NCBI RefSeq assembly: GCF_963921235.1
Contig: NC_086097.1
Span: 239,570,001 to 239,634,000, forward strand
Length of the DNA: 64,000 bases
Source of the DNA: Mobula hypostoma
Lineage: Eukaryota
Direction of reading: 5' to 3'
How positions within the stretch are numbered: position 1 is the stretch's first letter; each line of letters begins with the position of its first letter. A program made the position numbers and the translations under genes. The notes under the pieces are model-generated. The model made no database searches. It saw nothing but the letters and a program-made list of their open reading frames with translations, and had not been told where the DNA came from. This document shows positions 38,480 through 51,042 of this stretch, one piece after another.

Positions 38480-41357
38480 TGATCTTTCAAGAATCATTAT
38501 ATCCTGGAATGGTTCGGGAAGACTGGTAAATTGCAAATGTCAATCCACTCTTCGAGAAGGGAGAGAAACAGAAGAAAGGAAACTATAGGCCAGTTAATCT
38601 AACTTCAATGGTTGGGAAGATGTTGGAGTCGCTTACTAAGGATGAGGTCTCAGGGTACTTGAAGTCAAATGATAAAACAGGGCAAAGTCAGCATGGTTTC
38701 CTCAAGGGAAAATCTTGCCTGTCAAATCTGTGGAATTATTTGAAGAAATAACAAGCAAGATAGGCAAACGAAAATCAGTTGATGTTGTGTTCTAGGATTT
38801 CAAAAGTCCTTTGACAAGGTGCCATACATGAGACTGCTTAACAAGCTATGAGCCCATGGTATTACAGGGAAGATTCTAGCATGGATAAACCAGTGTTTGA
38901 CTGGCTGCTGGTGACTGGTGGTGTTCCACAAGGGTCTGTGTTAGGACTGATCCTTTTTATGTTTTATGCAATGAATTGGGTGATGGAATTGAAGGCATTG
39001 CTGCAAAGTTTGCAGACGATATGAAGATAGGTAGAGGGTAATGTAGTTTTGATGAATTAGAGCGGCTACATAGAAACACAGAAAATAGGTGCAGGAGTAG
39101 GCCATTCGGCCCTTCGAGCCTGCACTGCCATTCAGTATGATCATGGCTGATCATCCAACTCAGAACCTTGCACCAGCCTTCCCTCCATACCCCCTGATCC
39201 CTTTAGCCACAAGGGCCATGTCTTACTCCCTCTTAAATATAGCCAATGAACTGGCCTCAACTGTTTCCTGTGGCAGAGAATTCCACAGATTCACCACTCT
39301 CTGTGTGAAGAAGTTTTTCCTAATCTCGGTCCTAAAAGGCTTCCCCTTTATCCTCAAACTGTGACCCCTCGCTCTGGTCTTTTCCAACATCAGGAACAAT
39401 CTTCCTGCATCTAGCCTGTCTAATCCCTTTAGGATTTTATACATTTCAATCAGATCCCCCCTCAATCTTCTAAATTCCAACGAGTATAAGCCTAGTTCAT
39501 CCAGTCTTTCATCATATGAAAGTCTTGCCATCACAGGAATCAATCTGGTGAACCTTCTTTGTACTCCCTCTATGGCAAGGATGTCTTTCCTCAGATTAGG
39601 TGACCAAAACTGCACACAATACTCCAGGTGTGGTCTCACCAAGGCCTTGTACAACTGCAGTAATACCTCCCTGCTCCTGTACTCGAATCCTCTCGCTATA
39701 AATGCCAGCATACCATTCGCCTTTTTCACCGCCTGCTGTACCTGCATGCCCACTTTCAATGACTGGTGTATAATGACACCCAGGTCTCGTTGCACCTCCC
39801 CTTTTCCTAGTCGGCCACCATTCAGATAATAATCTGTTTTCCTATTTTTGCCACCAAAGTGGATAACTTCACATTTATCCACATTAAATTGCATCTGCCA
39901 TTGCCCACTCACCTAACCTATCCAAGTCACCCTGCATCCTCTTAGCATCCTCCTCACAGCTAACACTGCCACCCAGCTTTGTGTCATCCGCAAACTTGGA
40001 GATGCTGCATTTAATTCCCTCATCCAAGTCATTAATATATATTGTAAACAACTGGGGTCCCAGCACTGAGCCTTGCAGTACCCCACTAGTCAGTGCCTGC
40101 CATTCTGAAAAGGTCCCGTTTATTCCCACTCTTTGCTTCCTGTCTGCCAACCAATTCTCTATCCACATCAATATCATACCCCCAATACCGTCTGCTTTAA
40201 GTTTGCACACTAATCTCCTGTGTGGGACCTTGTCAAAAGCCTTTTGAAAATCCAAATATACCACATCCACTGGTTCTCCCCTATCCACTCTACTAGTTAC
40301 ATCCTCAAAAAATTCTATGAGATTCGTCAGATATGATTTTCCTTTCACAAATCCATGCTGACTTTGTCCGATGATTTCACCGCTTTCCAAATGTGCTGTT
40401 ATCACATGTTTGATAACTGACTCTAGCAGTTTCCCCACCACTGATGTGGCGAAAGATTTGGAGAATGGGCAAAGAAATGGCAGATGGAATACAGTATTGG
40501 GAAATGTATGGTCATGAACTTTGGTGGAAGAAATGAAAGGGTAGACTATTTTTTAAATGGAGAAAAAGTACTAAAATCTGAGGTGCAAAAGGGCTTGGGA
40601 GTCCTTGGGCAGGAATCCCTAAAGGTTAGTTTGCATGTTCACTCTGTGATGAGCAAGGCAAATGTGATGTTAGTATTCATTTCAAGAGGACTAGAATATA
40701 AAAGCACGATGTAATTTATAAAGCACTGGCAAGGTCTCACTTGGAGTAATGTGAGCAGTTTTGGGCCCCTTATTTTTAGAAAGGATGTGTTGAAATCGGA
40801 AACAGTTCAAAGGAGATTTACAAAGGTAATTCCGTGATTGGAAGGTCTAACATAAGTCGAGCGTTTGATGGCTCTGATCATGATTCCAGGATTGAATGGC
40901 TTGTCATATGAAGAGCGTTTGATGCCCTGGGCCTGTATTCACTAGAATTCATAAAAATGAGGGGTGACCTCACTGAAACCTTTTGAATGGTGAAAAACCT
41001 TGAAGTTGTGGATGTGGAGAGGATGTTTCCCATGGTGGGAGAGTCTAAGACCTGAGGACACAGCCTCACAATAGAGTGGCTTCCTTTTAGAATGGAGGTG
41101 AGAAGGAGTTTCTTCAACCAGAGAGTGGTGAATCTGTGGAATTCTTTGCCACAGGCAGTTGTGGAGGCCACATCTTTATGTATTTTCAAGTCAGAATTTG
41201 ATAGATTCTTGATTTGTCAGGGCTTGAAGGGATGAAGGGTGAAGGCAGTAGATTGGGGCTGAGAGGAAAATTGGATCAGCCATGACGTAATGGTGGAGCA
41301 GACTTGATGGGCCAAATGACCTAATTCTGCTCCTATACCTTATGGTCTTATGGTCTC
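38480..41357 (+). mobile_element. Old CR1 (RT to 3' tail) interrupted by a young CR1 at 39068-40447
   Basis: Left part has aactataggccagttaatctaac...aagtttgcagacgat. Right part resumes ...ggagaatgggcaaagaaatggcagatggaatac and ends ttatggtcttatggtct. Confidence 0.8.
39068..40447 (-). mobile_element. Young 5'-truncated CR1 LINE
   Basis: ORFs 39884-40441 and 39223-39912 give [20 protein letters not shown] and RPHLEYCVQFWSP. Near-identical to 62144-63520. Confidence 0.95.
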
Positions 41358-41765
41358 TCTGATGCATCCAACTCCCTCTCCTCTCACTTCCCCTTTTCCA
41401 CCATAATTCCTCTCTTCCTGTCTCTTCCCATTCTCAGTCCACAATAAAGGCCCATATCAGAATCAGGTTTATCATCACTCACATATGTCATAAAGATTGT
41501 TTTTTTTTTACAGTCCAAAACATAAAATTACTACAGTACAAGTTTTCAGCACCCTAGCTGTATGTAAGTCTTTTGAACAGTACTGTATTCTGACAGTAGA
41601 AATGTGGTGACACTTGCCCAGCTCAATTCTTGCTGATTTGTTTTTGTCGCAAATGACGCATTTTGCTTTGTATTTTGATGCACATATGGCATATGAAGCT
41701 GATCTTTAATATTAATCACTAAGAAATACTTTCAAGGGCTATAGTCTATAACCAAAGTAGGAGGT

Positions 41766-42112
41766 GCACATTCTTTCTCTCACTCTCCTTTTTCTCCCTC
41801 TGTCCCTCTGAATATACCTCTTGCCCATCCTCTGGGTCACCCCCCCCCGTCTTTCTCCCTAGGCCTCCTGTCCCATGATCCTCTCGTATCCCCTTTTGCC
41901 CATCACCTGTCCAGCTCTCGGCTCTATCCCTCCCCCTCCTGTCTTCTCCTATCATTTTGCATCTCCCCCTCCCCCTCCACCTTTCAAATCCCTTACTCAC
42001 TCTTCCTTCAGTTAGTCCTGACGAAGGGTCTCGGCCTGAAACGTCGACTGCGCCTCTTCCTATAGATGCTGCCTGGCCTGCTGCGTTCACCAGCAACTTT
42101 GATGTATGTTGA
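41766..42112 (+). mobile_element. Young Penelope pLTR/3' end with an intact minimal hammerhead motif
   Basis: 41766-41918 is nearly identical to 55841-55993 and continues through the hammerhead into the tail that forms the arms of 9997-10194. Confidence 0.85.
42014..42049 (+). ncRNA. Minimal type I hammerhead ribozyme motif (Penelope-associated)
   Basis: AGTC-CTGACGA-AGG(gtctcgg)CCT-GAAA-CG-TC-GACT. Helix I is AGTC/GACT, with core CUGAnGA, helix II AGG/CCT, GAAA, a vestigial palindromic helix III and a GUC cleavage triplet. Confidence 0.8.
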
Positions 42113-42554
42113 CAGTTGAAGAAACATTCATTTTCCACTCTAAAGTCCCAATGACTCTTTTTTAATCTGAATGTGGTTTCACTCACTCTAAGTGATTTAT
42201 GGTTATTTCTTTATGCAACCGTCATCCATTATGTAACTAATTACAACTCCAATATCAGAGCTTGATCAGAGCCTGACAGTGCATTTCAGCATTGTAAAAA
42301 TTTATCAGCATTTTCACATGCTCTTCTTAGGTTAGTTATTTGTCATTTGTTCTTTGTATCAATTCCACTTCTCATCTATCGTCACTAAATGGTGCAAAGA
42401 GGTTGCAAGATCTGGCAAAATTCTGCTATAGTTTTGTACCATGCCCAATAACGATGCAACTTCTGCTGTGCTTTCAGATTTCTTTGCCTTCTAATCTGCT
42501 TGTACTTTTCTCTGGACTAGTCACAATCTATGTTTGCTGCCATGATGAGGTCAC

Positions 42555-43030
42555 TTAAGTTTGGAGGAGCAACACCTCATATTCCCCCTGGGTAGCCTCT
42601 GACCAAGTGGCACGAACATGGATTTCTCCAACTTCTGATAATTTCTCCTTCTCTGTTTTTCCCTTCCTCATTCCGGCTCCACTCTAAACCCTCCGTTCTG
42701 CCTCACCTGCTTATCACCTCACTCTAGTATCCCTCCTCCTTCCCTTTTTTCCATGGTCCACTCTACACTCTGATCAGATTCCTTCTTCTTCAGCCCTCTA
42801 CTTTTTCACTTCTCACTTCATTAACCCATTCCCCATCCACCTGCCTTCCCTTTGCCTGACTTCACTTATCACCTTTTAGCTTGTACTCCTTTCCTTCACT
42901 CCAACTTCTTACTCTGGCTTTTTCTCCATTTCTTCCCAGTTCTGATGAAGGGCCCCGGCCCAAAACATTGGCACTTCATTCCTCTCCGTAGATGCTGCCC
43001 AACCTGCTAGAGTTCCTCCAGCATTTTGTG
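42555..43030 (+). mobile_element. Old Penelope-like 3' fragment
   Basis: ttggaggagcaacacctcatattcc...ctgggtagcctc; ends agttctgatgaagggccccggcccaaaacattg. Confidence 0.7.
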
Positions 43031-43954
43031 CATCACCCCTACTGGAGCCTAAGTCATCAACAGCAGCTCACCGGAGTCCTCTATCCTGGGCCAGTTGGAG
43101 AAGCAACACTTTTCAAGTTGTCCTCAGGTGTAGCCCATCTTCTGGATCCTTTCTCTCCCAAGGATGAGATCTTTGGAACATCTGTTATCATCTCTATAGC
43201 TCTGTGCTTTGACAGGATAGAGATTGCTAGCCTCATGACCAATCCTCCTCCTTTCTCAGCTGGGTTTGGGACCATCCATGACAAAGTTATTTTGTGTGTG
43301 TTAATCTACATTTAGCTCTGGTATCCTATTTCTTCCATGTTTTGTGTTGCACGAGGAAGGTATCTAACTTGATGTGACAAGGCAAGCACTTCAAAGATAC
43401 AATAAATCTGCTATCAGCCTCATCTGATTTGTATTTCCTTGTTCCAAATTTCTCCACAGCCTCTTTGTGTTTTGAATTGAAGTGATCACGTAACTTGTGC
43501 AGTTCTTAACTAAACAAAGCATCTTTCGCTTTACGCAGAATGAGCTGATTTGATAATGTACTGTACATTTCTGAACTACTTCTGTGAACAAAACTATCTT
43601 CCTGAATAGCATTATTTAGTGCAGGCATACTCTCACATAGCCCCCAATTTTCACTTGTCATTTTTTTTTCAGAAAGGAAAACATTTTAAGAACAAATTGG
43701 CATGTACGAGCTGAATATATCTATTGAAGCTGCCAATATTTCCAGATTCAGATCCAGCACCCCTTTTGTCCTTCCCACCTGGAATAAAGTGCTCAGTTTT
43801 GCGCTCCTTACCCCCAAAGGTATGAACGTGCAATAAAGTTAATACAATAACAGAAATCTCCTGTCCCAATTTGGGAATGTTTGCGTCATGGGGTATGATT
43901 CAGCAGACTCGGCTCATCACATCTAGAGATCAGAAAATAAGACAAATTCTAACA

Positions 43955-44745
43955 GAGCAACACACTTAGAATGGTGGAAGAACTCAGCAGGCCAGGCAGC
44001 ATCTATGGAAAAGAGTAAACAATCGATGCTTTGGGCCATGACCCTTCATGAGTCCTGATGAAGGGTCTTGGCCCAAAATGTTGACTGTTTACTCTTTTCC
44101 ATGTGAAACCCCACTGGTTTCCTTTGCTGCGTTAAGTGTAGGGAAGACACAATCCGGTCCCACCAAACCTGTGAGATTGAGATGGCTCTCCCACCCCAAA
44201 CTCTGCTTTGTGTGGAGGCTGTGCAATTTGCTACCCTATTACCACCCAGTGCCAAGAAACAATAGACAACTCACTGCATACGATTAAAGGAATTTCATGA
44301 GTCATGAATCTTAACTAAAGCGTTAGTAAAGAAAAGAAAGGAAAAAAACAAAAAGAACCTATTATCATTAATCAGTCAAAAGTGCACAAGTTGGAGCTGA
44401 ACTCTCCCAAATGTAATATTCACCAATCCTCAGTCGACTACAGCACCTTGCTCCATTGAATTACGGTCCCCCACCGGGTCAAATCCTACGAATGGTTCTC
44501 TCCAGCATCTTTCCTCTTCATCTCCCACCGAACAAAGGAGCCGGCTCACATTCCAAAGAACCCCTTATCTCTAACAATAACCCAAACATGGCTTCTACAG
44601 AAAGACCCAGTGAAACCTTTCCCAGGGTGTTACACATGGATGCTGCCTGCACTGTTTTCCAAAAACTCTGCCTAGTCTGCTGCGTTTCTCCAGCATTTTG
44701 TGTGTGTTGCTCTGGATTTCCAGCATCTGCAAATTTTATTGTGTT
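43955..44745. mobile_element. Palindromic Penelope pLTR-derived element split by a putative solo LTR
   Basis: Two back-to-back hammerhead-like halves (gacccttcatg|agtcctgatgaagggtc). The right arm resumes at 44635 (catggatgctgcc...ccagcattttgtgtgtgttgc). Confidence 0.7.
44102..44634. mobile_element. Putative solo LTR (about 530 bp)
   Basis: TG...CA termini with an imperfect terminal inverted repeat TGTGAAACCC / GGGTGTTACA. CATG occurs at both junctions (44100-44103 and 44635-44638). It cleanly interrupts the host repeat. Confidence 0.6.
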
Positions 44746-45330
44746 TCAAATTCTGACAAGAGTTTGACAAGCTGGATATGAGGAGGATGATTCTGCTGCT
44801 GCCTTGTCCAGAACACATGATCGATCTTAGAATAAAGGCAGTCCAACAAGAACTGAAATGAGGATATATGCCTTCACTCAGAAAATGGTGAATCTTTGGA
44901 ATTCTCCATCCAGGATGGTAGTGAAAGATGAATCACTCAAAGCAGACATTTGCCAGACTTATGATGATTAAGGTTACATGAAATATGGGATAATATAGAA
45001 AATGAGACCGAGGGAGAAGGTAGGCTATCATTTTGATGAATGGTTGAGTTGGTTCTTAGAATAAGATTACTTATTCCTGTTCCATTTCCTTATGTTCTTA
45101 TTTGATATTCTAAACTGGGAATGACCTCCTTAGAACAGCTCAAAGTTCAAAGTAAGTTATTATAAATGTACGTATGTGTCACCATATACTACCTTGAGAT
45201 TCATTTTCTTGCAGGCACTTACAGTAGAATTAATGAAAAACTACACATAACCAAAGACTGACAAACAGCCAATGTGCAAAAGAAGATGGACGTTCAAAGT
45301 TCAAATAGAGATAATCTATGCCAATAAATA

Positions 45331-45552
45331 GCCAGCTGATGGTGTAGTAGCATCAGCGCCGGACTTCGGAGCAAAGGCTCCCGAGTTTGAACCCAGCCGG
45401 CCCCCTAGGCACGCTTTCCATCCGTGTTGGGTTGAGCGTTGAGCTAGCAACTCGGCCTCGTAAAAAAGAAATTGCCTGCTACAGAAACACCGACAGCAAA
45501 AAGTTGATGGCCTATGCTCTCTCGTGAGTTTAAAAGGCAGTTTCCTTTTTTT
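45331..45552 (+). mobile_element. Young tRNA-derived SINE with T-rich tail and 14-bp TSD
   Basis: A box tggtgtagtag, B box gtttgaacc. TSD TATGCCAATAAATA at 45317-45330 and 45553-45566. Confidence 0.8.
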
Positions 45553-46364
45553 TATGCCAATAAATAAATAATACTGAAAATGGGTTGTAGAGTCCTGTAT
45601 AGTGAGTCCATAGGCTGTGAACTCATTTCAGAGTTGGGAGGGGTGAAGTTATCGACACTGGGATGGGAGGCTCATGGGTGGAAGGTAATTACTGTTCCTG
45701 AACCTAGTGTTGTGGGACCTCCGGCCTGATGGTGGCAGCACAAAGAGAGCATGGCCTGTATGGTGGGGGTCCTTGATGATGGGTGCTGCCTTCTTGTGCC
45801 AGTGCTCCTTGTTGATGTGCTCAGTGGTGGGAAAGGCTTTGCCTGTGATGGCAGGATAAATTGATGGAAGCATTCCAAATTATGAGGAGACTCAATCTTG
45901 CAAGCAGGAAAAAGGGGAAAATATAAGTGTTCGCTCTACTTTTTGGGTTACTTTTAACTCTACACATAATCTTTTATCTCCAGTCCTGCGAAAGGTTAAC
46001 TGTACTCTTTTCCATAGATGCCGCCTGGCCTGCTGAGTTCCTGCAGCATTTTGTGTGTGCTGCTTTGGATTTCCAGCATCTGCAGACTTTCTCTTGCTCG
46101 TGATTGGCATTGACTAGATGGGCTGAAGGGCCTATTTCTGTGCTGTACTTCTCTCTGGCTCTATGACTCTAGAAGTTACATAATAATGTAGCCACTGAGT
46201 TTATATCGTAACATGCTCTGTATTCAGCCACCTCCACCAGTAAATAAACCACTTAGCCGTACATTTTTTGGCTTTTGATGTGTATATCTGTTTTGCTACA
46301 TTTTCTGAATGTCCCAAATCCGGCATTTTGCATGTGTTTCTCTGGATTCCCTGCAATGCAGAAT

Positions 46365-46760
46365 CTCCAGACATTTTGTCCCAAATAAGTGGCTTGCCCA
46401 ATTAGCCAAAGTTTGATGGGAATAGATAACAAGATATAATAAAAGACAAGCTATCATTTAACTGAGTAATAAATTGTGTATTTAAAGGAAATAAAGAATA
46501 AGTTACACTCATGGAACCTTGGATCCACCCGATGGGCCAAATCTGACTTTCATAGGTCTCTAGCGGCATTTCGCTAACTGGCTGCTGTATTCTTTTGATT
46601 GATCGTAAATGAACAAGCTCCATGCAGACACGTATTGCAGGTAATGGACTGGCTTCATACAATGCTTTTTGACAATTGTATCTTCTAAATCTTCATTGAC
46701 TGACGCTAGTTAGAAATGGTTCCTCAGCGACTCCTGTCCCAATTAAGTGGCATCATGTTT
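46365..46760. mobile_element. Possible Tigger/pogo-like DNA transposon remnant
   Basis: Repeated tgtcccaa(a/t)taagtggc motifs near both ends; heavily decayed. Confidence 0.35.
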
Positions 46761-47718
46761 TTATTCTTTTAGAGTTGTTCCAGATAAGCGGTGCCAAAAA
46801 AAGTTGTCCCGAATCCTGTACCTTGTGTGCGTTGCTCTGCAACTGCAAAGTCTCTTGTGCTTGGAAGATGGCGCCTCCCAGGCTGTGGCCTTGCACAGCC
46901 CTGTCAGCGACTGATTACAGGCCGGTGCTGCTGACTGAAGCAGCAGAGGAGAAGGACCATTAGTTTCTCGCTGCGGTGGATGTGTGGATGGAGGTTGATG
47001 CATTGACGTTTGCTGCTGCTTGTGCGGGGGAGGTGGTGTGGGAGCTTTGCGTTTCTAGCACTCTTTTGTCATTCATTCCTTTGTTGTTCTTCTGTATTTT
47101 ATGGATGTCTGTATACGGTATACAATCTACTTCAGATTGTATACCGTATACATTCTCTGATAATAAACTGAACCATCTGAGCCATCACCGACATATGTTG
47201 AGAAAATTGCTTTTTTGTGGCAGTGGTACAGTACAAGACATTGAAAAATCAATGCACGTTACAAGAAGTAAAGTAATGTAGAAGAGGTATAGCGAGGTAC
47301 TGTTCATGTGCTCATGGACCGTTCAGAAATCTAACGACAGATGGGAAGAAGATGTTCCTAAAATGCTGAGTGTGTGTCTTCATGTGTGTATCTCCCAACT
47401 GATGGTAGTAATGAAACGAGACGTGTCCTAGATGTTTACTCCTTGAGGCGTACCTCTCTCAGTACTGAACTGACTCTGCAGCTGTTTCAGGGACTCTGCA
47501 GTTTATGTTCCATCTATTATTTGTTTACTTTTTTTATTGTTCACATGATTTGTTCTTTTTTTTGCACATTGGATGCTTGATGGGCTTTGTCTGTGGGGTC
47601 TTTCATGGATTCTGTTGTGCTTCTTTCTTTCTTTACTCCTTGCCTGCAGGAAGATGAATCTCAAGGTTGTGTATGGTTTGAGAATAAACGTGCTTTGCAC
47701 TTTGATGAGGAACCTTTT

Positions 47719-48400
47719 AGATTAGATTAGATTATGAGGACATTCAGTTCTCGTTTATTGTCATTTAGAAATGCATGCATTAAAAAATGATACAACAATT
47801 CCCAGAATGATATCACAAGAAAACACAGGACAAACCAAGACTAAAACTGACAAAACCACATAATTACGAAATATAGTTACAACAGTGCAAAGCAATACCA
47901 TAATTTGATAAAGAGCAGACCATGGGCACGGTAAAAAAAAGTCTCAAAGTCTCAATAGACTCATCATCTCACGTAGGTGGCAGAAGTGAGAAACTCTCCC
48001 TGCCATGAACCTCCAAGTGCTGCCAACTTGCCGATGCAGCACCATTGGAAGCACCCGACCACAGCGGACTCTGAGTCCGTCCGAAAACTTCGAGCCTCCG
48101 ACCAGCCTCTCCGAGCGCCATCCACTGCCGAGCGCTTTGACCCCACCCCGGCTGCCGAGCAACAAGCAAAGCCGAGGACTCGGGGCCTTCCCCTCCGGAG
48201 ATTCTGGACCACACACAGTAGCAGCAGCAGCGAAGCAGGCATTTCAGAAGTTTCACCAGATGTTCCTCCGTGCTCTCACATCCGTCTCCATCAAATCAGG
48301 ATTGTGCACAGCACCCTACTTGACAAATAACAGACATCACCACCGGAGCGGCCGCTGCGAGCTGCGTCGCGCCGCCATCTTCTCCTCCTCCTCCTCCACC
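47719..48400 (-). mobile_element. About 690-bp non-autonomous retroposon, copy 2 (best preserved)
   Basis: Minus-strand head GGAGGAGGAGAAGATGGCGGCGCGACGCAGC; 3' end ...aataaacgagaactgaatgtcctcataatctaatctaatcta. Confidence 0.85.
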
Positions 48401-49524
48401 TTAAGGGTGGATTCTACCTTCTTGGGTGCTGTGTTTTGAAGATCTCCTTGGTAGTAGGAAGGGAAGAAAGTGGGTGCAGCACCTCATTGCAAGACCTCTT
48501 ACCTGCTGCATGAGTAGCCACACTCTTACAGTCATAATCAAAGTGACCACTGCACCTTAACTCACTGTTATTACAGATATAGCATGGGGAAACAGGTCCT
48601 TCCGGTCCAACAAGTCCACACCACCCAATTACACTCATGTGCTCAATGAACCAGCTATCACATACGTCTTCAAATGTTGGTGGACACCAGAGAATCCTGA
48701 GGAAATCCACATGGTCATGGGGAGAGTGTACAAACATCTCACGGACAGTGATGGGAATTGAACCTTGGAAGCGGGCACTGTAGTAACACTATTCTCACCT
48801 CTACACTATGTTTTGCCTTTGGTTTCTTCCAAAGCTTTGCTGGAGACAATTTTGCAGGATGAGTGCACGTGAATGTACCAGGAATTCGATTATTGCTCTG
48901 TTTACTAGAGGGGCTGGCTGTTGCATCAGTCAGCCATTTAGAATGAGCAGGCTTTCATCGTTAAGTAGCTGGCTTCCCATGGGTTGAAGGTGTCATTAAC
49001 TGCTCAAAAAAAAAAATCAATGATTCACAGGAGAGTGCTCACTAATTAGAGGGGTGCCCACTCTAAAAATTGTGTTCTGGTGTGAGCCATGATCCAGCTC
49101 TCCCACCTCTGCCCACCTTCCCTGATCATGTTACACCTCAAAGAGGTGTATCCATTTTTGGATGACAAAAATGGAGGGCTATATGGGAGGGACAGGTTAA
49201 TTTGATCTCAGAGTAAGTTAAAAGGTCAGCACAACATCGTGGGCTGAAGAGTCTGTACTGTACTGTAATTCCCTGTGTTGAGCATATCTACACAGAGCAC
49301 TGTTGAAGGAGAGCAGCATCCATCATCAAAGAATTCCACCTACTAGGCTATGCTCTCTTCTCGCCACTGCCATCAGGAAGAAGGTACAGGATACTCAGGT
49401 TCAGGAACAGTTCAGATTTTGAACCGGGGGGATAACTTCAATTGCCCTATCACTGAACTTTTTCGACTGAACTGGACTCTCTTTCAAGGACTCATCATCT
49501 CATGTTCTCAATATTTATTGCTTA

Positions 49525-50700
49525 CTTATTTATTATTATTATTCTTTTATTATTTTCTCAGCTCAAGCTAGTACAACCTGAGGTACTGGCTTAGCCAAGT
49601 ATGCTCATTTATCAATTACTAGGAACTTTCACACTATTCTAGTGGTGTTTGGTATTGTGGCTTTCTGAACATTTACATAAATTTTGCTGTGTTGCCTTAA
49701 TTGTTTAATGCTATTGTGTAGCGTCTTTCAGATGATACCTGTTGTAGATACAGTATTACTATTGGGATAAAATACACCCTGTTCACGTTCCATAGTCACA
49801 CACAAAATGCTGGAGAAACTCCAGCATCTGCAGATTTTCTCTTGTTCATGCTCCATAGTCTTTCAATTTCCTCTTTTAATTCATCATATTTCTGGTGTTT
49901 TTCACTTACTGATTTCTGTATGTCATGTGTGTTTGGAATGGCTATATCAAGTTGTTCTTGAGCACGCGGCCACTTTGGTGGTGATGTCTGTAATCTGTCA
50001 AGTAGGGTACCGTGCACAATTGTGATTTGATGGAGACAGATGTGAGAGTATGGAGGAACATCTGGAGAAACTTCTGAAATGCCCGCTTCACCGCCGCTGC
50101 TACTGTGTGGTAACCGGAATCTCCGGAGGAGAAGGCCCCGAATCCTTGGCTTTGCTTGTTTTGGTGGCCGGGGCAAGGTCGAAGGCGCTTGGCAGAGGAT
50201 GGCGCTCGGGAGGCGGTATCGGAGGGGCTGGTCGGAGGCTCAAAGTTTTCAGATGGCCGGACTCAGTGTCAGCTGTTGTAGGGTGTTTCCAATGCATCAG
50301 CAGTTGTTAGTGCCTGGAGGTTTATGGCAGGGAGTTTCTCCCTTTTACCACCTGCTATCGGGGATTCGGTAGTCAATCGGGACTTTGAGACTTTTTTTTT
50401 ACCATGCCCATGGTCTGCTCTTCATCAAGTTTATGGTATTGCTTTGCACTGCTGTAACTATATGTTATAATTCTGTGGTTCTGTCAGTGTTAGTCTTTGG
50501 TTCGTCCTGTTTTTCTGTGCTGTCACTCTGGAGGAACATTGTATCATTTCTTAATGCATGCATGCATTTCTAAATGACAATAAACGAGGACTGAGTGTTC
50601 TCATTATCTAAAATCATTATATACGGATGGTAATTATGGATTATCCTATCTATAAAAATGGATTGGTCATAATATAATTTGTGGGACTTCAACTCTAAAA
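49525..50700 (-). mobile_element. R4/Dong-type LINE 3' end (RLE domain) carrying two nested insertions
   Basis: Minus strand gives LDIAIPNTHDIQKSVSEKHQKYDELKEEIERLWSMN. Upstream ...gataggataatccataattaccatccgtat at about 50620-50650. The 3' end abuts (TAA)n at about 49530-49555. Confidence 0.65.
49960..50610 (+). mobile_element. About 690-bp non-autonomous retroposon, copy 3 (slightly 5'-truncated)
   Basis: Reverse-complement homologue of 6541-7232 and 47719-48400. Confidence 0.8.
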
Positions 50701-51042
50701 CTAGATCAGGCTTTTATTTATCGTAAGGTACTATCATCCCTTTTTTCTTTCTTTTTGTATTTGCAGTTTATTGTAATTTGTACATTTGTTGTTTGTCCAT
50801 CCTATTGGGTGCAATCTTTCATCTATTCTATTGTGTTTTTTGTATTTACTGTGATTGCCCACAAGAAAATGAATCTCAGGGTTGCATATGGTGACATATA
50901 TTTATGTCGATGATAATAAATTTACTTTGAACTATACTTTTCTAAGTTCTATGGACCTTTAAGCAGACATACAGGCCTCGCTAGACAGCAGAGAGTCATA
51001 CCACGGCTATCCATCCACACAATATCTGACTGATGGGAATCA

